This document shows positions 47,813 through 56,908 of a DNA stretch of 64,000 nucleotides, in pieces. This DNA comes from a bacterium (GTDB lineage: Bacteria; RBG-13-61-14; DATKZS01). Positions within the stretch are counted from its first letter, which is position 1; the number at the start of each line of letters is the position of its first letter. The notes beneath the pieces were generated by a model. It saw only the letters and a list, made by a program, of their open reading frames with translations. It was not told where the DNA came from and ran no database searches. The DNA lies in NCBI GenBank assembly GCA_963674965.2, contig CAXXFL010000001.1, positions 1 through 64,000 of the forward strand. Reading direction: 5' to 3'. Made by a program: the position numbers and the translations under genes.

Positions 47813-48349
47813 ATGGAAGCTCCTCTGGCGTCGGAAAACGTGCTCCGGGTAAGGATATCCGAGTTCCTCGTGGCCAGGCCCCCGGCCATCCTCCGCGTGT
47901 CCGGCCTCGGGTCCTGCGTGGCCCTCGGGCTTTTCGATCCCAAGGCGGGACTGGCCGGGCTGGCCCATATACTGCTTCCCGGTCCCGCGCCCGATTCGGT
48001 GCGGGGTTCCGAGGACCCGCGCGTCAACAGGTACAAGTACGCCGACCAGGCGATCGAGGGCCTGCTCCAGGCCATGGAGCGGGAAGGCGCCACCCTGGCC
48101 GAAGTCAAGGCCAAGATAGCGGGCGGCTCGACCATGTTCTCGCAGGAGGACGGATTTGGCGACGCCCGTACGATCAAGGACGGGATCGGGGCGAGGAACG
48201 TGGAGGCCGTCAAGGCCAAGCTGGCGGAATTGAACATACCCATCGCGGGGGAGGACTCGGGAGGAAAGAGCGGCAGGACCATATCCTTCGACCCGGCGAC
48301 GGGAATCATGAGCATCACAACCAAAAGGAGCGAGGCGGTCGAGATATGA
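47813..48349 (+). CDS. cheD: Chemoreceptor glutamine deamidase CheD
   Basis: GLGSCVA, GLAHILLP, KYAD, AKIAGG, IGARN, EDSGG..GRT. Confidence 0.95.
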   Translation: MEAPLASENVLRVRISEFLVARPPAILRVSGLGSCVALGLFDPKAGLAGLAHILLPGPAPDSVRGSEDPRVNRYKYADQAIEGLLQAMEREGATLAEVKAKIAGGSTMFSQEDGFGDARTIKDGIGARNVEAVKAKLAELNIPIAGEDSGGKSGRTISFDPATGIMSITTKRSEAVEI

Positions 48350-48401
48350 CCCGCTCCCGGGCGCGGCCCCCGGCCGAGTCTCGGCCCCGCCTATTGACGT
48401 C

Positions 48402-49166
48402 ATGGATGAAAAGTACCTCAGAAAACTGATCGGGGACGTAAGGAAGGGCAAGACCGGGGAGGACGAGGCCTTGGCCGCTCTTCGCGACCTTCCCTTCGCC
48501 GACCTGGGACACGCCAAGGTTGACCACCACCGGTCCCTCAGGCAGGGAGCGCCCGAGGTAGTCTTCGCCGAGGGCAAGACCCGGGAGCAGGTGGCCGCCA
48601 TACTGGAGGAGCTGGCCAAGGCCGGCGACCACGTTCTCGCCACCCGGGTCTCGCCCGAGCAGGCCGCCCACGTTAAAAAGAAGCGGCCCGGCGTCATCCA
48701 TAACCCGGTGGGCCGGACCCTCCGTATAGTAAAGGGCAAAGCGCGCAAGGAGGGCGAAAGAGGACCGGTGCTGATACTGAGCGGCGGCACCTCGGACCTG
48801 CCCGTGGTGGAGGAGGCCAGGGAAACCCTGATCTGGCTGGGCGTTCGTCCCATCGTGATCGGCGACGTGGGCGTGGCCGGGCTCCACCGCCTCCTCGCCC
48901 ATCGCGGCGAGATAGACGAGGCCAGGGCCATCATCGTGGCCGCGGGCATGGAGGGGGCCCTGCCCAGCGTGGTGGGGGGCCTGGTGAACAAGCCCGTCAT
49001 CGGCCTGCCCACCTCGGTGGGATACGGGGCGGGGGCCGGAGGCCTGTCCGCCCTTTTAGGCATGCTCAACTCCTGCGCCTCCGGCGTGGTGGTGGTTAAC
49101 ATCGACAACGGGTTCGGCGCGGCCTTCGCCGCCTCCCGCATGCTCCGGATAGGAGAAGAATCATGA
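48402..49166 (+). CDS. larB: Nickel-pincer cofactor biosynthesis carboxylase/hydrolase LarB
   Basis: DHHRSLRQGAPEVVFAEGKT, GTSDLPVVEEA, DVGVAGLHRL, AGMEGALPS, PTSVGYG, LNSCASG, VNIDNGFGAA. Confidence 0.96.
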   Translation: MDEKYLRKLIGDVRKGKTGEDEALAALRDLPFADLGHAKVDHHRSLRQGAPEVVFAEGKTREQVAAILEELAKAGDHVLATRVSPEQAAHVKKKRPGVIHNPVGRTLRIVKGKARKEGERGPVLILSGGTSDLPVVEEARETLIWLGVRPIVIGDVGVAGLHRLLAHRGEIDEARAIIVAAGMEGALPSVVGGLVNKPVIGLPTSVGYGAGAGGLSALLGMLNSCASGVVVVNIDNGFGAAFAASRMLRIGEES

Positions 49167-50335
49167 CCCGCGCGGCCTACCTGGACTGCTTCTCGGGCGT
49201 CTCGGGAAACATGTTTTTGGGCGCCCTCATCCACGCCGGCGTCAAGCCCGCCTCGATCCGCAAGGCCGTCAAGAGGGTGGTGGGCGACTTCACCCTTGCC
49301 GCGAAAAACGAGGAGAGGGCCCACATGGCGGGGGTCCACGTCAAGGTGGGCTACCGGAAAAAGGACCAGCGCCACCGCGGCCTGCCCCGCATCGAGGAAA
49401 TGATCCGAAAAAGCGGGCTGCCCGGACCGGTGATCTCGGACTCCCTCCGGGTCTTCCGGGCCCTGGCCGAGGCCGAGGCCAAAGTCCACGGCGTGCCCGT
49501 CGAGAAGATACACTTCCACGAGGTGGGGGCCGTCGACGCCATCGTGGACGTCGTGGGAACCGTCTTCGGCCTTTTCGAGCTGGGCGTCGGGGAGGTCCAC
49601 TGCTCTCCCCTTCCCCTTTGCGGGGGCGAGGTCCAATGCGCCCACGGAACGCTTCCCCTGCCCGCTCCGGCGGTAATGGAACTGGTCAAGGGCCTTCCCG
49701 TCAGGGGCATGGAGGGCGACCTCGAGCTGGTCACGCCCACCGGCGCGTCCCTGGTTTCCACCCTGGCCAAGCGGTTCGGGCCCATGCCCGCCATGACCGT
49801 GTCCGCCGTGGGCGTGGGACTGGGAGACCGCGATATTCCCCACCGGCCCAACGTGACGAGGCTGATCCTGGGCGAGAAAAAGGGAGAGGGAGACTCGGTG
49901 GTCCAGATCGAGGCCTCCATCGACGACATGACCCCCGAAAGCTTCGGCTTCCTCATGGACAGGCTGCTCGAGGCCGGGGCCCTGGACGTTTCCTTTTTGC
50001 CCTGCCAGATGAAGAAGAACCGGCCCGCCACGCTGGTCAGGGCCCTGGCCGGGCACGGAAACCGCGAGGCGGTGACGAGGACCCTGTTGAGGCACAGCGC
50101 CACCCTCGGGGTCAGGGAGTACGAGGTATCGAGGACCGTGCTTCCCCGCAGTACCTTCAAGGTCGAGACGAGGTTCGGGACCATCAGGGTGAAAAAAGCC
50201 GAGGGGCCCGACGGCTCCGTCCGGCTGCACCCCGAGTACGACGACGTGGCCGCGGCGGCCGCGGCGCGTGACGCCACCATGGCCGAGGTCAGTAGGGCCG
50301 CCCTCGAGGCGGCCCGGACGGGAGATTGGGAGTGA
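49163..50335 (+). CDS. larC: Nickel insertase LarC
   Basis: DCFSGVSGNMFLGAL, AEAKVHG, HFHEVGAVD, HGTLPLPAPA, ELVTPTGA, IDD, MKKNRP, PEYDD. Confidence 0.96.
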   Translation: MTRAAYLDCFSGVSGNMFLGALIHAGVKPASIRKAVKRVVGDFTLAAKNEERAHMAGVHVKVGYRKKDQRHRGLPRIEEMIRKSGLPGPVISDSLRVFRALAEAEAKVHGVPVEKIHFHEVGAVDAIVDVVGTVFGLFELGVGEVHCSPLPLCGGEVQCAHGTLPLPAPAVMELVKGLPVRGMEGDLELVTPTGASLVSTLAKRFGPMPAMTVSAVGVGLGDRDIPHRPNVTRLILGEKKGEGDSVVQIEASIDDMTPESFGFLMDRLLEAGALDVSFLPCQMKKNRPATLVRALAGHGNREAVTRTLLRHSATLGVREYEVSRTVLPRSTFKVETRFGTIRVKKAEGPDGSVRLHPEYDDVAAAAAARDATMAEVSRAALEAARTGDWE

Positions 50336-53300
50336 AGAAAAAGGTCCTTCTCGTGGACGTTCCCAGGGGAGGCCTGGCCTCCCTGGCCAAGGACCTTGCA
50401 AACAAGGGCTACGCCGTTGAAAGAAGCGCGGGCGAGGTACCGGCGCCATCGCCGGCGGGGGAAAACCTGGCCGGGGCGGTGGTCCATCACAAGCGCGCCC
50501 GGGAGGTGAAAAAGCTGAGGGGCCTGGCCGGCATGGACGCGGTCCCCATTATCCTTTGGTTTCCCTCCGGGGCCGGACCCGGTCCCAAGGCGGCGGAGGT
50601 GGCCGACGACTTCATGGTGGGCAAGGTCTTGGCCGATGAACTCCTGGCCAGGTTCAAGGCCGCGGAAAAGGACCTGAAGCTCAAGCTGCCCTGGCTCCAG
50701 GACTCCCTCCAGGCCCTTACCCGCATAGGCCGGTCCACCGCCGGAAGGGGAAGCGACTTCAGCGTCCTTGCCATCACCGCCCGGGAGGTCGAGCGGGTCA
50801 TGCCCGGGGTGAGGTGCTCGATCATGATGCTCTCCTCCAAGGGCGGCTCGGGCATGGTCATCACCCAGGGAGACCGTCCCGAGCCTCTCAACATCCGGCT
50901 TGAGTTCAAGAAGTATCCTGAGATACGCAAGATGCTGGACACCAGAAAGCCGGTGTCGATAACCAACGTTCGCCGCCACCCGCTGATGAAGGAGGTCAGG
51001 GACATCCTGAGCGCGACCGACCTTTTTTCCATCCTGGTGGTCCCCATCTTCTTCCGGGACGAGGTGATCGGCCTGATCATGCTGCGCTCGGTCGGGGCCC
51101 CCCGCCCCTTCGAGCGGATCGAGATATCCTTCCTCGAGATGGTGGCGCAGAGCACGGCGGTTTCCCTTCGCAACATCCGGCTGGGCCGGGAGGTCTCGGA
51201 GGAGGTCAAAAGGAAACGGGAGGCCAAGCGCCTGGCGAAAAGGAAGACGAGCGACCTGGCCAGGATGGAGACCCTCTTCGACCACGCCTCCGACGGCGTG
51301 CTGGTGGTGGACTCGGACGGCGGCATCAAGAGCGCCAACGTGAACTTCCTTCGTCTCTCCGGCTACGCGAGGCGGGAGGTGGAAAAGCGGAACATCGACG
51401 ACTTCCTCTTTCCCACGCCCGACGACGTGGTGACCGTCTCGATGGAGATAGGCCGTCTGGGGCAGGAGAAGCGGGAATACAAGGCCAGCCGCTTTTCCCA
51501 GGTTCTGCGGGGCAAGTCGGGGGCCCGCCTTTTCGTTGCCCTCCGGGTTGAGAGCCTTCCCACCCGGGACGAGTGGCTCATCTCGATGCACGACCTCACG
51601 GAGGAGCGGGAACTGGAGGACGCCCTGCGAAGGACCAAGGAGTTCCTCGAGAACGTGATCAACTCCTCGATGGACGCCATTATCGCGGCGGACATGACGG
51701 GCTCGATCATCCTTTTTAACGCGGCGGCGGAGAGCATCTCGGGCTACAAGGCCGAGGACGTGGTGGGCCGGATGAGCATCGTGGACTTCTACGCCCCCGG
51801 CGTGGCTCGCGACATCATGCGCAAGTTAAGGAGCGAGGACTACGGGGGCAAGGGCAAGCTCGAGAGCAGCTACAACACTCTCATCAGCTCGGACGGCCGG
51901 GAGATACCCATCAACATCAGCGCCGCCATCGTCTACGAGGATGGGCGCGAGGTGGCCAGCGTGGGCATTTTCCAGGACCAGCGGGAGCGCATCCGCATCG
52001 AGAAGGAGCTTCGGGAGGCCCAGGAGAAACTTATGGAGTCCCGGCAGAGGTCCCATCTCATGGCCCTGTCGGGGGCGGCGGCCCACGAGCTGAACCAGCC
52101 GCTGACCTCGATCCTCGGCTACCTCGAGCTTTTGCGCCGGGTCGAGAGGAACCTGATGGAGGCCCAGCCCGAGAACCCGTCGGTGGCTTCCCTGCACAAC
52201 GCCGCCGAGGTCATCGGCCAGGAGGCCGAGAGGATGGCCGAGGTGGTGAGAAAGATCGGCCAGGTCACCGAGTTCGAGACCCGCGAATACGTGGGCGGGG
52301 CCCGCATCATGGACCTGGACCGGGCCCAGGGCGACCGGGCCGACGAGAACGCGCCCATTTGGCAGACCCTGTTCAACCACATGAAGGAGGCCGTGTTCGT
52401 GGCGGGGGAGGACACGGTGGTGACCATGGCCAATCCCGCCTCGGTAACCTTCACCGGCGAGAACCCGGTGGGAAAAAGCTTCACCCGCTACCTCAAGGGA
52501 CAGGATTACACGCTGGCCATGGAGGCCATGGAGAGGGTGAAAAAGGGCGAGGCCGTCCCCATCGAGATCGAGGCCGAGATACCCAGCGGGGACAGGAGGC
52601 TGGTGGACGCCCTGGCCCTTCCCATCCCCAGCTCCGGCGAGATGATGACCATCTACTCCGACGTCACGGAAAGAAGAAGGCTCGAGAACGAGCACCGCGA
52701 CTTCGCCAGCTTCAGGGAGCAGATTTACAAGAACTCCTCGGTGCCCTTCATCGTGTTCGACGTGGACTCGAGGATCACCTTCTGGAACCGGGCCGCCGAA
52801 AACCTCTTCGGCTACGCCTACGAGGAGGTCAAGGGCAAGAACGTGGGCTTTTTGATCCAGGGGTTCGTGCCCGCCCACCACCAGGAGCACCTGCGCCGCC
52901 TCCGCAAGGAAAGGGACCTGACCGAGGAAATCCGGCTGGTCAAGAAGTCGGGCGAGGTCTTCAGGGCCTACTACGTGAACTCCCTGATGCGGGACGAGGA
53001 TGGCAAGACCGCGGGCTTCCTGAGCATGATCTTCGACCTCACCGAGCGCCGGGCCTTCGAGGCCGAGCTTCGGCAGAAGACCGAGCAGATCACGGTGATG
53101 AGCGACATCTCCGACGCGGTGCGGGCGGGTGAGGCCCTCGAGGAGGTCCTGGGAGGGGCCCTTCGCAAGCTCTCCCGCGTCTTCCCCCTCGACATGTGCG
53201 CCGTGGTGGTAAGGGACGAGGCGGAAAGCGAGTTGAAAGTGCTCAACTACGTCCCCGAGCAGGGCCGTCTTACGAGGAACGTCATCTCCACGTCCGCCGA

Positions 53301-55203
53301 GCCGGACGTTTTGTCGCGCGTTCTTTTCCTCGATCAGCCGGCGGTGTTCGACGACGTCTCGAACGTTGACTGGGGCGAGATGCCCAGGAACTTCGCCCGT
53401 GAGGTCAAGGAGATGATCGGAAGAGGATACAAGTCCCTGATCAACTACCCCCTCGTGTTCCGGGGCGAGGTCATGGGCACCCTCCACGCGCTCTCGAGCG
53501 AGAAGGCCTTCTACGGGGCCGAGCACCTGTCCAGGCTCAGCCAGTTCGCCGGGCCCATTACCATGAGCCTGGCCAACGCCCGGCTCTTCAACCAGATACA
53601 GAAGAAGAACCGGGACCTGTCCAGGCGCACCGAGTGGATGGCCGAGCTGATCTCGGCGGGACAGGAAATACATTTCGGCATGGAGCCGGACGAGATGCTC
53701 GCTCGGCTTATCAAGCCCTACATGAAGGCGAACGAGAACATCAGGATCACGGCCTGGCTCAAGGGGGCCGAGGGCGGGGGCCTTCGCCTGGCCGCCGGCC
53801 GGGGCCTTCGGAGGCTGGGCAAGGCCCGGCTCGAGCTGGCGGAGGAGTATCTGGATAAAATCCGAAGCGACAACCGCATCCTCGAGTTCGGGGACCTGAA
53901 AGAGGAGGGGCCTTATCGTGCCCTTTTCAAGAAAAGCAAGGCCGCCATCATCGTGCCCATGACGGCCTTCGACCAGTGGCTCGGCGTTCTCAGCCTCGAG
54001 AGCGAGCGTCCCTTCTCGGAGGAGGACAAGTTCGAGGCCCGGGTCATGGCCGCCCACGTGGCGGGGGTGATGAGGAACCTGTTCTTCTACCACGAGCTTG
54101 ACCTTTCCGCCAGGTACCAGCGGGGCCTTATTGACGACGCCAACGCCCTTATCCTCATCATCGACCGGGACGGCAAAATCGCCCTGATCAACAACGCCCT
54201 CCAGGAGCTGATGGGCGTGAGCGAGGAAGGGTACGTCGGCGTCGGCTTCGGCGAGATATTCGAGAGGCACCTGCTCATCGAGTATGAGGGAAGACCCATT
54301 ACCGCGGGAGACGAGAAATTCCGGGGGCTTACCGGCCGGGTCCGCCGCGGCGAGAGCCTGGCCAACCTGCGGGTCAACATATCCACGCCCGCCGGCCAGA
54401 AAAGCAGGGCCATCTTCAACACGTCCTCCATCCTCGACCGGGAGGGCAGGTTCCAGGGCTTCATCGCCATCGGCCAGAACATCACCCGCTACCAGGAACT
54501 GGAGAACCACCTGCTCCAGGCCGAGAAGCTGGCCACCGTGGGCCGCATGTCCGCGGGCATAGCCCACGACCTGGCCAACCCCATCACCAGCGTCATCAAC
54601 TCCGCCCGGCTGCTCGAGGGTCAGAGCGAGCTCAGCGCCAAGGGCCGGGACAGGGTCGAGTGTCTCATCGAGGACGCGGAAAGGATTCGACAGTTGTCTC
54701 AGAACCTGATGAGCTACGCCCGTCCCTCCCGGGAGCAACTCTTTCCCGTTGACGCCGGGCGGATGATCGAGGAGTCGCTCAGTTTCTCGCGCTACGAGCT
54801 CGAGCGCGACGGGGTGACGGTCGAGGTCGAGGTCCCCGCCGACCTTCCCCCCATCCGCGGCATCAAGGACCAGCTCCAGCAGGTTTTCATCAACCTCCTG
54901 GTCAACGCCAGCCACGCCTGCGCGGAAAAAGGGGGGGGACGGGTGCGGGTGCGCGGGGGCAAGGGCGAGGGAGACACGGTGACGATAACGGTCGAGGACG
55001 ACGGCGCGGGCATTTCGCCGGAGGACCTTCCCCGCCTCTTCGATCCCTTTTTCACCACCAAGCCCGAGGGCAAGGGCACGGGCCTCGGACTTTCCATCAT
55101 CAAGGAGATAATCAGCCGGCACAAGGGCGAGGTGTCGGTGGTCAGCCGGCCGGGGGAAGGCGCGACCTTTACGGTCGTTCTTCCCGTTTTCACTACTAAT
55201 TGA
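50332..55203 (+). CDS. Cytoplasmic multi-GAF/PAS histidine kinase with two HisKA domains
   Basis: Degenerate REC-like start, GAF, 2 PAS, AAHELNQPL, 2 PAS, 2 GAF, PAS, IAHDLANPI, HATPase (NLLVNA, DDGAG, FDPFFTTK, GTGLGL). GTGA overlap with the larC stop. Confidence 0.9.
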   Translation: MKKKVLLVDVPRGGLASLAKDLANKGYAVERSAGEVPAPSPAGENLAGAVVHHKRAREVKKLRGLAGMDAVPIILWFPSGAGPGPKAAEVADDFMVGKVLADELLARFKAAEKDLKLKLPWLQDSLQALTRIGRSTAGRGSDFSVLAITAREVERVMPGVRCSIMMLSSKGGSGMVITQGDRPEPLNIRLEFKKYPEIRKMLDTRKPVSITNVRRHPLMKEVRDILSATDLFSILVVPIFFRDEVIGLIMLRSVGAPRPFERIEISFLEMVAQSTAVSLRNIRLGREVSEEVKRKREAKRLAKRKTSDLARMETLFDHASDGVLVVDSDGGIKSANVNFLRLSGYARREVEKRNIDDFLFPTPDDVVTVSMEIGRLGQEKREYKASRFSQVLRGKSGARLFVALRVESLPTRDEWLISMHDLTEERELEDALRRTKEFLENVINSSMDAIIAADMTGSIILFNAAAESISGYKAEDVVGRMSIVDFYAPGVARDIMRKLRSEDYGGKGKLESSYNTLISSDGREIPINISAAIVYEDGREVASVGIFQDQRERIRIEKELREAQEKLMESRQRSHLMALSGAAAHELNQPLTSILGYLELLRRVERNLMEAQPENPSVASLHNAAEVIGQEAERMAEVVRKIGQVTEFETREYVGGARIMDLDRAQGDRADENAPIWQTLFNHMKEAVFVAGEDTVVTMANPASVTFTGENPVGKSFTRYLKGQDYTLAMEAMERVKKGEAVPIEIEAEIPSGDRRLVDALALPIPSSGEMMTIYSDVTERRRLENEHRDFASFREQIYKNSSVPFIVFDVDSRITFWNRAAENLFGYAYEEVKGKNVGFLIQGFVPAHHQEHLRRLRKERDLTEEIRLVKKSGEVFRAYYVNSLMRDEDGKTAGFLSMIFDLTERRAFEAELRQKTEQITVMSDISDAVRAGEALEEVLGGALRKLSRVFPLDMCAVVVRDEAESELKVLNYVPEQGRLTRNVISTSAEPDVLSRVLFLDQPAVFDDVSNVDWGEMPRNFAREVKEMIGRGYKSLINYPLVFRGEVMGTLHALSSEKAFYGAEHLSRLSQFAGPITMSLANARLFNQIQKKNRDLSRRTEWMAELISAGQEIHFGMEPDEMLARLIKPYMKANENIRITAWLKGAEGGGLRLAAGRGLRRLGKARLELAEEYLDKIRSDNRILEFGDLKEEGPYRALFKKSKAAIIVPMTAFDQWLGVLSLESERPFSEEDKFEARVMAAHVAGVMRNLFFYHELDLSARYQRGLIDDANALILIIDRDGKIALINNALQELMGVSEEGYVGVGFGEIFERHLLIEYEGRPITAGDEKFRGLTGRVRRGESLANLRVNISTPAGQKSRAIFNTSSILDREGRFQGFIAIGQNITRYQELENHLLQAEKLATVGRMSAGIAHDLANPITSVINSARLLEGQSELSAKGRDRVECLIEDAERIRQLSQNLMSYARPSREQLFPVDAGRMIEESLSFSRYELERDGVTVEVEVPADLPPIRGIKDQLQQVFINLLVNASHACAEKGGGRVRVRGGKGEGDTVTITVEDDGAGISPEDLPRLFDPFFTTKPEGKGTGLGLSIIKEIISRHKGEVSVVSRPGEGATFTVVLPVFTTN

Positions 55204-55223
55204 AACATCCATCGGGAGGCGTC

Positions 55224-56882
55224 ATGGCTGAGAAGAGGAAACTTAGGCTGGGAGAGATACTCCGGGAGATGGGACTGGTCTCGGAGGAGGACGTTACCCG
55301 CGCCCTCAAGGCGGGCAAGGAAAGCGGCCTCCGCGTGGGCGAGGCCCTCATCGAGCTGGGCATCCTGACCGAGGACAGGATGCTGTGGGCGCTGGCCGAG
55401 CAGCTCGGCCTCAGCTTCATCCGGATCGCGCCCGACCAGATCAACGAGGCGGCCGTGCGCCTGATACCGGAGGACATGGCCCGGAGCAGGCTGGTCCTTC
55501 CCCTCATCCAGATCGGCCCCGAGTTGACCCTGGCGGTCAACGACCCCCTGCAGGACGAGCTCTTCGAGGACGTGGCGCGCCTGTCGGGGTGCGAGGTCCA
55601 CCTTTCCCTCGCCCGTGCCGAGGAAATAGTTGACGGCCTTAACCAGGTTTACGGCAAGGCGGCCGAGGCCGAGTTCGAGCCCGAGTCGTCCCTGTCCTCG
55701 GACCGCTACCCGGACAAGGAACTCTCTTACATGGCCGCCGACAAGGGGGCCTCCCGCCTGCTCGAGCGCCTGCTCAAGGACTGCCTCGAGAACAACGTGA
55801 ACGCCGTGCATCTCAAGATTCGGGGAGGCAAGGCCCAGGTCATGTTCCGGGAGGAGGGCGTGATGAAGGTCGTCCTGGAGATGGGGGCCGGCTGGGGCAG
55901 GGCCATCCTCACCCGGCTGAGCCTGATGACGGGCGAGTCTCGCGAGATCGGCTCGTCTCGCTCCTGGCGCATCGAGGCGCAAGTGGAGGGCTCGGCCCTG
56001 GGCCTGGACGTCTCTAGGCTCCAGGTGAGGGGGGGCGAGGCCGCCCTCATCCGCGTGCTGGGCAAGAGGGCCAAGAAGATGCCCGTGAACAAGCTCGGGC
56101 TGACCCCCACCCAGCGCGGCCTTATCGAGGGCATGCTGGCCACCCCGGGGCTGATCGTCGTCACCGGGCCCGGCGACTCGGGCCGGGCCACCACCGTGGC
56201 CAGCCTGCTCGGCGGGTTCGACCCCGCCTCGAGCAGGATCGTCACGGCCGAGGACTGGATCAGGACGGAGGACCCCGGCGTCCTCCAGGTCGCCTCCGAG
56301 ACCCTTCCCAAGGGGGAGTCCAAGGTGCGGGCCCTCACCTCGCTCGATCCCGACGTCCTTTACATCGAGAGCCTCGAGACGGCCGGGGAAATGGAATGGG
56401 CCCTGCGCGCCGGCATGAGGGGGGCCTTTATCTTCACCCTCCTCGACTTCAGGCGGGCGGCCTCGGCCCTCAATTACCTGGCCGGGCTGGGCATTCACCC
56501 GTCCCTGGTGGCGGAGGGGTTGTCCGGCGTCGTGGCCCAACGGCTGGTCCGGGTCCTTTGCGACAAGTGCAAAAGCGAGGTCAAGCTTAAAAAGAGCCAA
56601 CTGGCCGGCTTCGACGGGGTGGTGACCGAGGTCCTGACCTCGGGCCCGGTCTACAAGACCAAGGGCTGCAAGGCGTGCGGCGGGACCGGATACAAGGGAA
56701 GGGCCGCGGCCTTCGAGGTGCTGGCCCTCGACCACCGGCTGAGGGAGGCGGTGGCCTCCGGCATCTCCGTGGCCGGATTGCCCATGGACTACGGCAAGCC
56801 GGACCTCGAGCTGCCCCACCGAGTGCTCGAGCTGATAAAAAAAGGCGTTTGCGGCTGGGAAGAAATCCTGCCCTTCAGATAA
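55224..56882 (+). CDS. GspE/PilB-family protein with MshEN domain and degenerate ATPase motifs
   Basis: RLGEILREMGLV...RVGEALIELG; Walker A GPGDSGRATT; TAED; DPDVLYIES; AQRLVRVLCDKC...GCKACGGTGYKGR. Confidence 0.85.
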   Translation: MAEKRKLRLGEILREMGLVSEEDVTRALKAGKESGLRVGEALIELGILTEDRMLWALAEQLGLSFIRIAPDQINEAAVRLIPEDMARSRLVLPLIQIGPELTLAVNDPLQDELFEDVARLSGCEVHLSLARAEEIVDGLNQVYGKAAEAEFEPESSLSSDRYPDKELSYMAADKGASRLLERLLKDCLENNVNAVHLKIRGGKAQVMFREEGVMKVVLEMGAGWGRAILTRLSLMTGESREIGSSRSWRIEAQVEGSALGLDVSRLQVRGGEAALIRVLGKRAKKMPVNKLGLTPTQRGLIEGMLATPGLIVVTGPGDSGRATTVASLLGGFDPASSRIVTAEDWIRTEDPGVLQVASETLPKGESKVRALTSLDPDVLYIESLETAGEMEWALRAGMRGAFIFTLLDFRRAASALNYLAGLGIHPSLVAEGLSGVVAQRLVRVLCDKCKSEVKLKKSQLAGFDGVVTEVLTSGPVYKTKGCKACGGTGYKGRAAAFEVLALDHRLREAVASGISVAGLPMDYGKPDLELPHRVLELIKKGVCGWEEILPFR

Positions 56883-56908
56883 TTACCACCTAAGCCGGAG
56901 TCGGGAAA

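Noticed and set aside
44736-55212. Long minus-strand ORFs (988, 909, 746 and 1128 aa)
   Set aside because: Shadows of the well-supported che, lar and kinase genes.
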